Of a stretch of 64,000 nt of DNA, positions 40,007 through 49,800 are shown in pieces (position 1 is the stretch's first letter; every line of letters starts with the position of its first letter). Made by a program: the position numbers and the translations under genes. The notes under the pieces are model-generated. The model ran no database searches. It was not told where the DNA came from and was given only the letters and a program-made list of their open reading frames with translations. The stretch covers positions 1,595 through 65,594 of the forward strand of contig CAMHTW010000012.1 of the NCBI GenBank assembly GCA_946188165.1. The letters are read 5' to 3'. The stretch is from an uncultured Prevotella sp. (GTDB lineage Bacteria > Bacteroidota > Bacteroidia > Bacteroidales > Bacteroidaceae).

Positions 40007-41629
40007 GTGGAACAGGTACTGACCATACTCTTTACGCTGCTGCTTGCCCTTCCCAGTGCCGTGCAAGCACAGTCCGACTTTGACATACTCGACATGCGTA
40101 GCGGACTACCAGAGAGTCGTATAAGAGCGCTCTGCCAGATGCCAGACGGGCGTATGGCCATTGCCACAGCAGGCACCATCACCATCTACGACGGTACGCG
40201 CTTCGCCGCTTATCACCTCCGCCCAGAACAGGAATACTCACTGAGCGATTACCATGGACTGCGCCAGCTGACCTGCGACAGCACCGGTTTGGTGTGGTTG
40301 CGGAACGATGGTCATCTATATGTGGTGGATGCCCGACACCAACATGTCATAGCCAATGTGGACAGTTTGCTGAAGGAACGCCGCCTGACAGCCCGTCAGG
40401 TGAGTGCATGGCCTGACAGCAAAGACTGGAAGGAAACTGAATACTTTCAAACCGTGAGCCGTCTCACCAGTGATGAGATCAGTGCATTGGTACGCGACAG
40501 TTACGGCGGCTTGTGGGTGGGCCTGAAAGAGAGCGGTATCATGTATAGCAATCCTGCCCGTAAGCGGCAGTTCCAGACAACTTCTGATGCCTTCCCTTAT
40601 GAAGCCCTTTATCCGTTCTGCTCGCCACGTGCCAGCCAGTTGTCGTCCAAGTATGCTGCTTCTGCCACCAACTGCACCCTTGACGGGCGTACGTTGACAT
40701 ACACCTATTTAGGTACCCGCAATGGTGTGATGATCATCGACCGCAAAGACCGCCTTGTGGCAACCATTGATGAGCGTGACGGACTAAGCACCAACAATGT
40801 GGTGGCAATGCTCAGCGACCACCGAGGTGGCGTTTGGGCTGCCACTGCCAACGGCCTGACGCACATCTTCCAGACGGGACGCGACTCGTTCGACATCGTT
40901 AATTACGGCCTGCTTGACGGTATCGACACTCAGGGACGCGAGTTCCGCACCTGTCAGATGCACATTGATGCGTCGGGGCTTATCACTGTGGGCTTTGCTG
41001 GCGGCACTGTCGTGTTCCATCCTGATTCGGTCACGGCACCGCGCTACACGTTTCATTTTCCCAGAGTAACTGCTTTAGATAAACCTCAAGAACTTTCTAT
41101 ATCAAAACATCAAAACCTCGGTTGGTTGACAGCTGTCTTGATTCTTATACTATGTAGTATCGTATTTGTCGTTTGGTACCGAAAGAAGCGGGTGGTTGTA
41201 CAACCGTCTGGCGGCGAAAAACCTTCAAACTCCAAAAACGATATAACTCAAAACCTGACAGCCATGGCACAAGACATTGCTCAACAGGTGGCAGAGGAGC
41301 ACATCTCTTCGTCCGACTTAGAATTTCTTGAGCGTCTGAAGGCAGCTGTCGAACAGCATGTGAGCGATGAGGACTTCTCCGTGCAGAGCTTGAGCGAGAT
41401 GATGGCCATGGACCGCACTGTGCTATATCGCCGCATGCAGGCGCTGACAGGCATGCCACCGTCGGTCTACGTCAAGAACATCCGTCTGAACGTTGCCCGC
41501 AGGCTACTGAGCAACACCGACCTGCCTGTCAGCGACATTGCCGCCAAGACGGGTTTCGCCACTACAAAGTATTTCTCTGCCGCCTTCAAGGATGCTTTCG
41601 GCATGACTCCTAACGAGTTCCGGAGGTGA
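40007..41629 (+). CDS. Membrane-anchored AraC-family regulator with periplasmic Reg_prop sensor; no kinase or receiver domain
   Basis: Reg_prop repeats (SGLPESRIRALCQMPDGRMAIAT, SDEISALVRDSYGGLWVG, GLSTNNVVAMLSDHRGGVWAAT); TM helix LGWLTAVLILILCSIVFVVWYRKKR; HTCS-type AraC HTH ...IAAKTGFATTKYFSAAFKDAFGMTPNEFR. GTG 40007 chosen as start. Confidence 0.85.
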   Translation: MEQVLTILFTLLLALPSAVQAQSDFDILDMRSGLPESRIRALCQMPDGRMAIATAGTITIYDGTRFAAYHLRPEQEYSLSDYHGLRQLTCDSTGLVWLRNDGHLYVVDARHQHVIANVDSLLKERRLTARQVSAWPDSKDWKETEYFQTVSRLTSDEISALVRDSYGGLWVGLKESGIMYSNPARKRQFQTTSDAFPYEALYPFCSPRASQLSSKYAASATNCTLDGRTLTYTYLGTRNGVMIIDRKDRLVATIDERDGLSTNNVVAMLSDHRGGVWAATANGLTHIFQTGRDSFDIVNYGLLDGIDTQGREFRTCQMHIDASGLITVGFAGGTVVFHPDSVTAPRYTFHFPRVTALDKPQELSISKHQNLGWLTAVLILILCSIVFVVWYRKKRVVVQPSGGEKPSNSKNDITQNLTAMAQDIAQQVAEEHISSSDLEFLERLKAAVEQHVSDEDFSVQSLSEMMAMDRTVLYRRMQALTGMPPSVYVKNIRLNVARRLLSNTDLPVSDIAAKTGFATTKYFSAAFKDAFGMTPNEFRR

Positions 41630-41660
41630 GAGGTGAGTGGCGAAACCTGCGAAACTTGAA

Positions 41661-44006
41661 TTACCTTATAATTTTTCGTGTCACGACGCTGCCGTCTGGC
41701 TGTGTTTCTCGTACGATGACGATGCCGCGCTGCTGACGGCTGACAGGACGGCCACTCAGGTCATAGCGTTGAATGGGTCCAACGGCTGTATGGCGGCTGA
41801 TGGGCTGAATGCCCGTACCAAGCTTGCCATTGACGTAATCGGGCAGATAATAGCCCAGATGGGGCGGCTGGTTGTAGGCGGTGTTCTGCCAGGCTATGCC
41901 CATACGGTAGACGTGGTCGTGCATCAGTGTGGGTATGGCATACGACGTAGGTGTGCTGGTGGAGAATATCATCAGCTCGGAGGAATCGGCCTTGTTCCAC
42001 ATGACCAGTTCTTCGCGCCAGTCTCCAAAAATGTCTGCCTGCAGACAGGGTGTCGCCTTGGTGTAGTTGGCTGTCTGGGCGTTGTTGTAGGTGGCGGAGT
42101 AGAACGAGACGACATTGGCAAAGCTTGACCCGTTCCACTTGGTGATGACGGGTTCGGCATGGGCCGTCGGTGCCCAAGAATTGCTGTTGCTGTATTTATA
42201 GGAGCCGTCGAAGAGTTGGTCTTGACACGAGCCGTCCCAATAGATGCGGAAGTTGACGGAACAGTTCTTGATGCCGGTGGCCTTGCCCGTGGCGGCTGAG
42301 TAGGGCGTGCGCACATCGCCCGACCAGAACTCGTAGCCGTCCTTGCCGGTGAGGTCGGCTGCCATGCCGCGGCCGTTGTCGGCATTGGCAGACCCGCCAT
42401 GCCACAAAATCTCGCCGGTACGTGCATCGTGCAGGTCCCACGAACCGAAGGCTGCCGACAGTTTCTCCTCGTGCACGTCGAACACCTGAAGTCCTTCGCG
42501 GTCGGGTATCATCTTGCCCACATGCATGGCGTCGCCGTGTCCGTAGCCTGTAGCATATAGCAGGGTGCCGTCGTTGTCGAGTGCTGCGGCGCCCCAGAGA
42601 ATCTCGTCGCAGCCGTCGCCGTCGACATCGGCTATTGACAGGTTGTGGTTTCCGTTGCCATAAAGGGTGTTGCTGCCCGCAATGCCGCCATCGGAATCGG
42701 TACTCTTGATACCGCCAGTGTTGGCAGGAGCCGTCTTCATGCCGTTACGGACAAGCACCTGGCCATCGACCTCCACCCGAATGGCCGTTGTGCCCGTCTG
42801 GTTGAATACGAGCCACTGGGTGGCATTGGGTGAACAGTGAAGCCACTCTGTATGCAGGCGAGTGCCGTCGAAACTGACTGCCCATACGTATGCCTGCGTA
42901 TAATACCCGCGGCAGAAGATGCCACAAGGATGCTTGTCGGCACCGTTGACGTATGCAACGGCAGCAAGGAATCGTTCTGAGCGTCCGCCATAGTTGTCGC
43001 CCCAGAAGCCGGAAGGGAAGGCGCTGACCTTTCCAAGCTCGGTGCCGCCCTCGGTCAGAGCTGCACCGCTGTTGGGATTCTTGTTGCCACTGCCGGCACG
43101 TCCGGGAAGGTACCATGTGGTGTGCAGGGCACGGCCTGTCAGCCCTTCGAACACGGTCAGGTATTCCGGACCGCTGAGAATATGTCCGCCAGAATTGCGA
43201 TAGTCTTTTGTGTTGTCGTGTCCCTTAATAGTGGCATCGGTGGCTGCCTGATTAACGAAATTGCCCTGGCCGTCCTTTGAGCCGGTAGCCGTCTTACACA
43301 TCATTTCGGCCCTGCCGTCGCCGTCGAAGTCGTAAACCATGAACTGGGTATAGTGAGCGCCGTCGCGAATGTTGCACCCTAAGTCGATGCGCCACAAGCG
43401 CGTTCCGTCCAGCCTGTAACAGTCAATGAAGGTGTTGCCAGTGGCGCCCAGGCTGCGGGAATTGTCCTGGGCGTGGGTCGACTCCCATTTCAGGAATAGT
43501 TCGTATTGTCCGTCGCCGTCAACGTCACCCACACTCATGTCGTTAGGATAATAGGCATAGGCGGGTGAGGTGGGTCCGACAGAAGTGTCGGTATTTGTCC
43601 ATTTAGAATCGACGCCTCCCTGAGGACGGTCGAGTTTCAGGGTCATGAATTTCTTGGCTTTCCCCCATGAGACAACCTCGGCAGAGGTGTCTTGCAGGGT
43701 GCCATTGACTTTGGTTACTACCTGATACTTGGCATCATCGGAGCCTTGTTTGTCTTCGTAGTTGGTAACTTTCAGGTCGGTGGCTATCACTTCGCCATTG
43801 CGCAGCAGGTCGAAAGTGGTGGCAGTCTTATCGTCGGTGCCTAAGAGACGCCAGCTGAGGAAAACCTTTTTGCCAAAATAGTCGGTGTGAATGGCAACAA
43901 GTCCACGGTCGAGTTTCTCCATTTGGCTGATGGGGGTTACTTGGGCGTTTGCAATTGCAAACAGCATGGCAACCATTGTCATGATGTACAGTCTTGATTT
44001 GTTCAT
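41661..44006 (-). CDS. PL11 rhamnogalacturonan lyase with T9SS CTD
   Basis: MEKLDRGLVA, VFLSWRLLG, NIRDGAHYTQFMVYDFDGDG, GNGNHNLS, GHGDAMH, ADIFGDWREE, YNQPPHLGYY; CTD TGI...YDLSGRPV...RKIIR. Confidence 0.92.
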   Translation of the reverse strand: MNKSRLYIMTMVAMLFAIANAQVTPISQMEKLDRGLVAIHTDYFGKKVFLSWRLLGTDDKTATTFDLLRNGEVIATDLKVTNYEDKQGSDDAKYQVVTKVNGTLQDTSAEVVSWGKAKKFMTLKLDRPQGGVDSKWTNTDTSVGPTSPAYAYYPNDMSVGDVDGDGQYELFLKWESTHAQDNSRSLGATGNTFIDCYRLDGTRLWRIDLGCNIRDGAHYTQFMVYDFDGDGRAEMMCKTATGSKDGQGNFVNQAATDATIKGHDNTKDYRNSGGHILSGPEYLTVFEGLTGRALHTTWYLPGRAGSGNKNPNSGAALTEGGTELGKVSAFPSGFWGDNYGGRSERFLAAVAYVNGADKHPCGIFCRGYYTQAYVWAVSFDGTRLHTEWLHCSPNATQWLVFNQTGTTAIRVEVDGQVLVRNGMKTAPANTGGIKSTDSDGGIAGSNTLYGNGNHNLSIADVDGDGCDEILWGAAALDNDGTLLYATGYGHGDAMHVGKMIPDREGLQVFDVHEEKLSAAFGSWDLHDARTGEILWHGGSANADNGRGMAADLTGKDGYEFWSGDVRTPYSAATGKATGIKNCSVNFRIYWDGSCQDQLFDGSYKYSNSNSWAPTAHAEPVITKWNGSSFANVVSFYSATYNNAQTANYTKATPCLQADIFGDWREELVMWNKADSSELMIFSTSTPTSYAIPTLMHDHVYRMGIAWQNTAYNQPPHLGYYLPDYVNGKLGTGIQPISRHTAVGPIQRYDLSGRPVSRQQRGIVIVRETQPDGSVVTRKIIR

Positions 44007-44048
44007 ATTGAGTTTGTTTTAGTAATGACAAATAATGTTATCTGGTTG

Positions 44049-44056
44049 CAAAGATA
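44049..44056 (-). promoter_or_regulatory. -7 box (TATCTTTG) for the PL11 gene
   Basis: caaagata on +, 42 bp upstream of the ATG, abutting the terminator U-tract. Confidence 0.55.
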
Positions 44057-44057
44057 C

Positions 44058-44098
44058 AAAAAAAAGTCGGATTCGTCGTTAACGAACCCGACTTTTTT
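44058..44098 (-). terminator. Rho-independent terminator of the 859-aa gene
   Basis: AAAAAAGTCGGATTCGT-cgtta-ACGAACCCGACTTTTTT; 8-T tail on the minus strand. Confidence 0.85.
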
Positions 44099-44118
44099 AA
44101 TATTGGTGCAGTAATTGC

Positions 44119-46698
44119 TTACTTGACAACAACTTTTTTCACACTGCCATTGTCCATGACGACAATGTTCAAACCGCGTTTCAGCGACTGCTGGCGGATG
44201 CCGTTCAGGTTGTAGATGCCTGACATGGCCTTTGTCTTTTGGACATTAACAGTCTGGATACCAGAAAACTCTTCGTTGAGTGCGTCGAGCAAGGCCTTTG
44301 ACTTCTCGCCTGCATTGGCAACATAGATGTCGAATACCTTTGCACCGGCAGAAATGACCTCCTGGGTCAAGCGTACATAAACCTCGTCGCTACCGTCATA
44401 GCTGGCTGTCGTCTTGCCCCACATGCGGGAATAGCCGGTCTTGGCAATCTCGCCAATGGTGGTCCATTCGTTGCCGTCAGCAGAAACCTGTATCAGCAGA
44501 GGACCGCCTGCAGAATTTGCCAGTACGACAACATCTAACGGAGCCTGATATTTGGTGAGTGATTCGATAGAACCATTAGGCGTCTCGTTGGCTTGGAACT
44601 TATAGAACTGAATATTGTTCTTGGTGACGGGGAACAGTGAGTCGACATCAAGGGTTGAAACAGGGTTATATGCACCGTCATTGCCAAAACCAGTGGTGTT
44701 GGGGGTGAGGTTCTGCCAAATCAGACAGGTTCCTCTTGACTTGAGCACCCACTGAGGATTATCGCCTGGCTCATTGACAATTTCAAACTCGCGGAGGTCT
44801 TCAGGACCATAAGTGGTAATCTCATCACCAGTGTCCGGATCTGTGCTCTTTGTGCCTTCACCGGTGTACATGGTGACAGCAGAAGCACCCCAGCTGAACA
44901 TGCCCTTACCATTGGCAACGGCTAATCCGGCAGGATTGTTGTCGGCTTTCCATTCATCTGCTGCAAAATGACCGGCAATGTCAATCTTGATGCGGGGATT
45001 CTTGACCAAAACACGCTGCTTGGTCAGCTCAGAGAATACGGCACCTCCTGACACCGCAAAAGCAGTGACGTTCTGAGGCATTGAAATGACAAAGGGCTCA
45101 GTATACTTGGTTGACTGCAATGTGTCATTGCCAGCGTCATTGAAATTGTACCAGATGTCAACATCTTGGCTTTCGCATGTGAGCGTGATGGTTGTACTAC
45201 CATCGGTCAGATCGCTGCTGAGGACGGGAGCCTTGGGTTGCTCGTGAATCTGGATATCGAGGGTGGCCACTTCACTAAGCGTATAGCCTTCAGCTATGGC
45301 TGCTGCCTTGAAAGTGCATGGAGCCGTGAAATTAACGGCTTCCTTGAATTCAGTGCTCTCGACAGTAGGAACGCTGCCATCGGTGGTATAAAAGAAACGA
45401 GTCTTTGGTAATGTACGTCCGGCAGTAATAGTGACATTCGTGTTGTGGTCCTTGAACTCCTGAACGATGACAGGTTTTGCGGCTGCAGTGATTTCGGTCT
45501 TTGATTCAGCCAGTACGTCAATCGTATTAGCAAAAATGGCGTTCCACTCTGCATTGATGCCATCAGCGTATGGCAGATATGCATAGCCATTATGCTTGAT
45601 GTTATGAGTGTGGATGACTGCTCCTTCGCCTTCAACGCCGTCCATGTTCATTTCCTTCAAAGGCACTTCGTCGCCCTCAAAATACTCGCCAAATTTTACA
45701 GCCTGGATGGTAGAACCTGCCAACTCAATGAAATTAATGCCATCAGCCTCCTGGATAGTGGCACCTTTCAAAAGCACATTCTTGGAATCTTTTACCACGC
45801 CTACAGGCTGAGCTTCTACAGCTGTTCCATATCCCCATACAGGATAGAGGTTGGCATTGAGGTTCAGTGTCGGTGTCCAAGGCATTGACTCCTTGACAAT
45901 GGCAACAGCAGCGTTGTCGGCAGGAACGCTGGCGGCTACAATCGTAATTGTGTATTCCTGTAGTGCAGCCGCTGTTATGGTAGTGGTGGCTACGTCAATA
46001 GCTGTCACCTCGGTATTTTCACGAGCCTTCAGAATTTGGAAGGGGACGTCGCTTTCGGGAGAGCCTGTGCAGAGATAGGCCACCTTGGTAATTTGGATGG
46101 GGTCGCCATCGTCAATCATGAAGAGGGTGAAATCAATACCACCAGTTATCATCTTGATACCTACAGGAACTTCGCCTGTCTCAGCGGTCTGTATCTCATA
46201 GACAAAAGTATAAGTACCCTTAGAACCGTCGACATTGCTGCCTAAGATAAGATTGTTGTCCTTGTCATCGTCAATACGTACCATGTAGTCGTACATTCCT
46301 TTGACGCCGCGGTTTGCGGCAGTGGCATTGGCTGAACGACCGACAATGGTCAGTTTCTGACCGTTCTTCAAACTTGGGAAAATCAATTCCTGATTGTTGC
46401 GGTTTAAGCGGAAAGTCTTGTCGGTGAGCAGGTAGTTGTTGTTCTTGGAGAGACCTGCGGAACTACGTTTCAACCCCTCCAGTTCCTTGATGGGTTCACC
46501 ATTGGCAACAAATGCACCTTCACCGAATTTACCGGTTTCTTTCCAACTGCTGCCATCCTTTGTCCACTCTGAACCTTTCTCCAGATTTTCAAGAGTCTCG
46601 TCGCTCCATCCCTTGGAGAAGTCCCATGTCTTCTTGTCTTGCGCCTGTACGCCAAATGCGAACAATGCAAGTAAGGCTAAAGTAAATAATTTTTTCAT
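44119..46698 (-). CDS. T9SS-secreted multi-domain protein with two FN3-associated (CHB_HEX_C-like) domains and no recognisable catalytic domain
   Basis: Signal peptide; FFYTTDGSVPT...FKAAAI and IWYNF...YTEPFVI (CHB_HEX_C_1/Fn3_assoc); CTD SGI...IYNLNGIRQQSLKRGLNIV...KKVVVK. Confidence 0.8.
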   Translation of the reverse strand: MKKLFTLALLALFAFGVQAQDKKTWDFSKGWSDETLENLEKGSEWTKDGSSWKETGKFGEGAFVANGEPIKELEGLKRSSAGLSKNNNYLLTDKTFRLNRNNQELIFPSLKNGQKLTIVGRSANATAANRGVKGMYDYMVRIDDDKDNNLILGSNVDGSKGTYTFVYEIQTAETGEVPVGIKMITGGIDFTLFMIDDGDPIQITKVAYLCTGSPESDVPFQILKARENTEVTAIDVATTTITAAALQEYTITIVAASVPADNAAVAIVKESMPWTPTLNLNANLYPVWGYGTAVEAQPVGVVKDSKNVLLKGATIQEADGINFIELAGSTIQAVKFGEYFEGDEVPLKEMNMDGVEGEGAVIHTHNIKHNGYAYLPYADGINAEWNAIFANTIDVLAESKTEITAAAKPVIVQEFKDHNTNVTITAGRTLPKTRFFYTTDGSVPTVESTEFKEAVNFTAPCTFKAAAIAEGYTLSEVATLDIQIHEQPKAPVLSSDLTDGSTTITLTCESQDVDIWYNFNDAGNDTLQSTKYTEPFVISMPQNVTAFAVSGGAVFSELTKQRVLVKNPRIKIDIAGHFAADEWKADNNPAGLAVANGKGMFSWGASAVTMYTGEGTKSTDPDTGDEITTYGPEDLREFEIVNEPGDNPQWVLKSRGTCLIWQNLTPNTTGFGNDGAYNPVSTLDVDSLFPVTKNNIQFYKFQANETPNGSIESLTKYQAPLDVVVLANSAGGPLLIQVSADGNEWTTIGEIAKTGYSRMWGKTTASYDGSDEVYVRLTQEVISAGAKVFDIYVANAGEKSKALLDALNEEFSGIQTVNVQKTKAMSGIYNLNGIRQQSLKRGLNIVVMDNGSVKKVVVK

Positions 46699-46771
46699 AA
46701 ACGTTTATTTTAGTAAAAATGATTATAAAGTAGCTTGAAACATGATGCCAAATTTAGGCATATTCTCGCTG

Positions 46772-46779
46772 CAAAGATA
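46772..46779 (-). promoter_or_regulatory. -7 box (TATCTTTG) for the 859-aa gene
   Basis: caaagata on + strand in an AT-rich intergenic region. Confidence 0.6.
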
Positions 46780-46857
46780 CATAAAAAAAACGTAATAATT
46801 TTCTAAATAGACGTAAAATTTGTTGATTTTAACATATTAAAAGAAAAAATGCTCAAC

Positions 46858-46878
46858 TTTCTCATTTCTCACTTCTCA
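46858..46878. repeat. Heptamer tandem array (YTTCTCA x3) overlapping a stop codon
   Basis: tttctca tttctca cttctca; the last tca is the TGA stop of the CE12-like gene. Confidence 0.55.
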
Positions 46879-49800
46879 TTTTAGTAACAGCTTCTTGCCT
46901 CCGACAATGAACACGCCGCGCAGGGAGGGAAGGTCGTTGGCGTCCAACCGTTGTCCGTTGAGGTTGTAGACCTCAGCTTTCTTGGACTGTCGAGTGTGGC
47001 CCTCTGGCAGCGAGATGCCTGAGGGATTCTTTTCACTGAGCAGTCTCACCAGTTGCTCAACAATACCTGGTATGGTATTATAGCCATTGAGCATCAGTTG
47101 ACATGCCAGGGGACTGTTGGAATAGTGGTTATGATCGGCAAAGCATTGTATGATAGCCTGTGCAGCGGCATCTGCTGATGAATAGCCGTTGCCAGCATAG
47201 TCGGCTACGTAGGCATTGAAGATGGCATCGGCATTCTTGCCAATTTCGACAAAGCCCAGATAGTTGTTGTCATTTTTTGTTCGCTGCTCTGCTACTCGGC
47301 GCACTATGGTCTCATAGCTATCGCGGCGGTAGCTGTCGAAGGTATGCTTTTGAGCGTCGTAGCCACTGGCATAGTTTGATACGGCTCCGTGCGGTGTGTA
47401 TGAATTGATGATGACCTTGGCGCCCAGCATCTCTGCTGCATTAAGATAGTAGTTCATGTCAGCTTCAAAGCTACTACCCATACCATTGGTGCCGTTATTG
47501 CCAAACATCACCACGTCGTCAGGATAGATGTCGCGCAGCACATTAGCCAATCTTCCTTGTGTGTAGTAGGTTGAGAGGTTACGTCCACCAGCTCCGTCGT
47601 TATGGAAGTCGCACAATTCGGACAACTCTTTATAGTCGGCAAGGGTTTTGCTCAGCCGGTAGGCCCAAGAACCATTATTGGCGGATGTAGAATCACCGAT
47701 ATGATGCACTACCCGCTTGCTGCGTTTTTGCCGCTGAGGCTGTTTGGTGACCGTCACCTGAGCAAGACGGGCGACGCTGGTGGCATCAGAAGGAGCCAAG
47801 CGCAGGTCGGCCACATCGAACGTTGCAGGCAACGTGTAGGTCTCGGTAGTCAGTGTGCTATGAGTACCCAACGTATAGCCCGCCAGGTCGTTGTTGATAT
47901 AGCCAGTAGTGAGTGTTCCCTGATAGGTTATGTCAATACTATAGAAGACTCCTTTCTGTACTTTGAAATCGAATTCGAGAACTCCTTCCAGATAGTCAGC
48001 TGTGGCATCGGTACCAGAGGCATTGCCACCAGCTGACGGGGTGGTGTTTTTGAGACCATAGCCATTGACGACATTATAGGCTGTCTGCGGACCTACGAGT
48101 GTGAAGCCGTCAGCTACAGCATCATTGTCAGCATAACCGAAGTCAAACTTCATGCCGTGGATGTTCACCCGGACACCCTTCATGAGGTCGTCGCCCTGAC
48201 TGTTTTTCCCAGTAGCGCGTATGGTGACCAGTGTCGGAACGGCTTCAGCCGTTACAGTCAGCACCCCTGTCTGAGCATCGAAACTGATGCCAGGAGTATT
48301 GGTAAGAGTCTGAGTGTTATCTCTGTCGTATAGTGCCAAAGTAACGGTGTTGTGCAGGTCATTACCCTCACCGTCAATGACGATGGCCTTGAAGTTGGCA
48401 GTGGTCGTATCACCGTCATCCATAGGGATGGTAATGCTGGTAGCACTTTCTGTAAACTTGATGCTTTCGGACGAGGAGGTCAGACTGAGTGCTATCGTTT
48501 TGGTTATACCACCGATGCCTACCTGGATGGTGGCTGTGCCGGCACCGGCAGACTCCGTCAGCGTGATGACGGCCTTATGTGAGTCTGTAGCATCAGGAGT
48601 GATAGTGATGGACTGCTGCATGTCTTCCTCTATTACAGACCATGAAGCCAGTCCCGTTACCTCATAGCCGTTGATGTCGGTGGCAGAGGCTATCAGCAGA
48701 GCTGACTCCTTGTTGGGAATGGAAAGTGTGGTCTTATCAGCTGTCAATGAAAAATTGGTCGGTTGCGGTTTGTAAACTTCATAAAAGGCCATATCTACTG
48801 TCCCCGTACTGTTATTGTCCATGCCTATACTAAAGTAGGTGGGACTTGAGGCCTCAGCCCAAGGCAATACGCCACTTGTTGCGAGCAATTGGCCATTGTC
48901 GCTATACACTTGGGCAAAACAACACTCACTGCTTTTGTCAGCTGATAAAACGACCTGATACCATGTGCCAGTAGTGAACTGGACATCGTTCTCACCATTC
49001 TTCAGCGTCTTGCCATTAAGGGTCATAGTCGTGCCTGTATAGTTAAGCGTGACAGGACAAGTGTACCTGCTGGACGACCAGAAAGGGTAGCCACCGGTCA
49101 GCGTGACGACTGCCCCAGCATTGTTGAAACGTAGCTTGTTTCTGAAAATGAGTTGGCCTGTAGGTGATTCTATGGTTTGGGTAAGCACGTGCGACTTCTT
49201 GGCAGCAGATGCTGTCAGACGTACGTATTTCGTACCGTCGGCATCGCCTAATAGCAGTGCATTGTGGACATCACTGCCTGCTACGCACCAGCCGCCAAGT
49301 ATCAGGTCATTAGCATTTCCATAGGTCTCGCCTGTCACCTTGTAGCCCTTCAAAGCATCGGGATAGACAGACAAGTTGGATGGATAGCCGCCCAAGGGAA
49401 GAATTTGATTGGTTGGCATAGTTGGATCTCCTTGTGCAATGACATGTTTCTCAGCAACAGTAGTCGTACCATTATAGGTGATGGTAGCCGTCATTCGACC
49501 GAAGAAATTCATCGGGACATCGCGCAGGTTGAATGTTGTGTTCACCTTTCCCTCGCCATTTACAGAAAAAGCACCATAGGAATCACAATACTGCCCCTCG
49601 GTGTCATTGATGGTTTTGAATCCTTCAATGTCCCAAACAACACGGAAGTCATGGACTTTCTCGCTAATAGACTCTTCAGTGATTGTCGTGCCATCGGCAC
49701 CGATAATCACGACAGTGTAAGGATTCCGGAATGATTCTGCTGTTGACGGGCCAAAGGTCATGCGATCAGCACCAGAGATAAAAGTGTTGACTATAGGTTC

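Noticed and set aside
39844-40185. N-terminal extension of the 652-aa ORF, and the TTG start 39947 of the AraC ORF
   Set aside because: The two extensions overlap each other and the promoter boxes; signal peptides begin at 39843 (-) and 40007 (+).
2650-43530. DxDxDG motifs as dockerin-like domains
   Set aside because: They are the known Ca-binding blades of PL11 propellers (and the usual SusC loop), not duplicated dockerin repeats.
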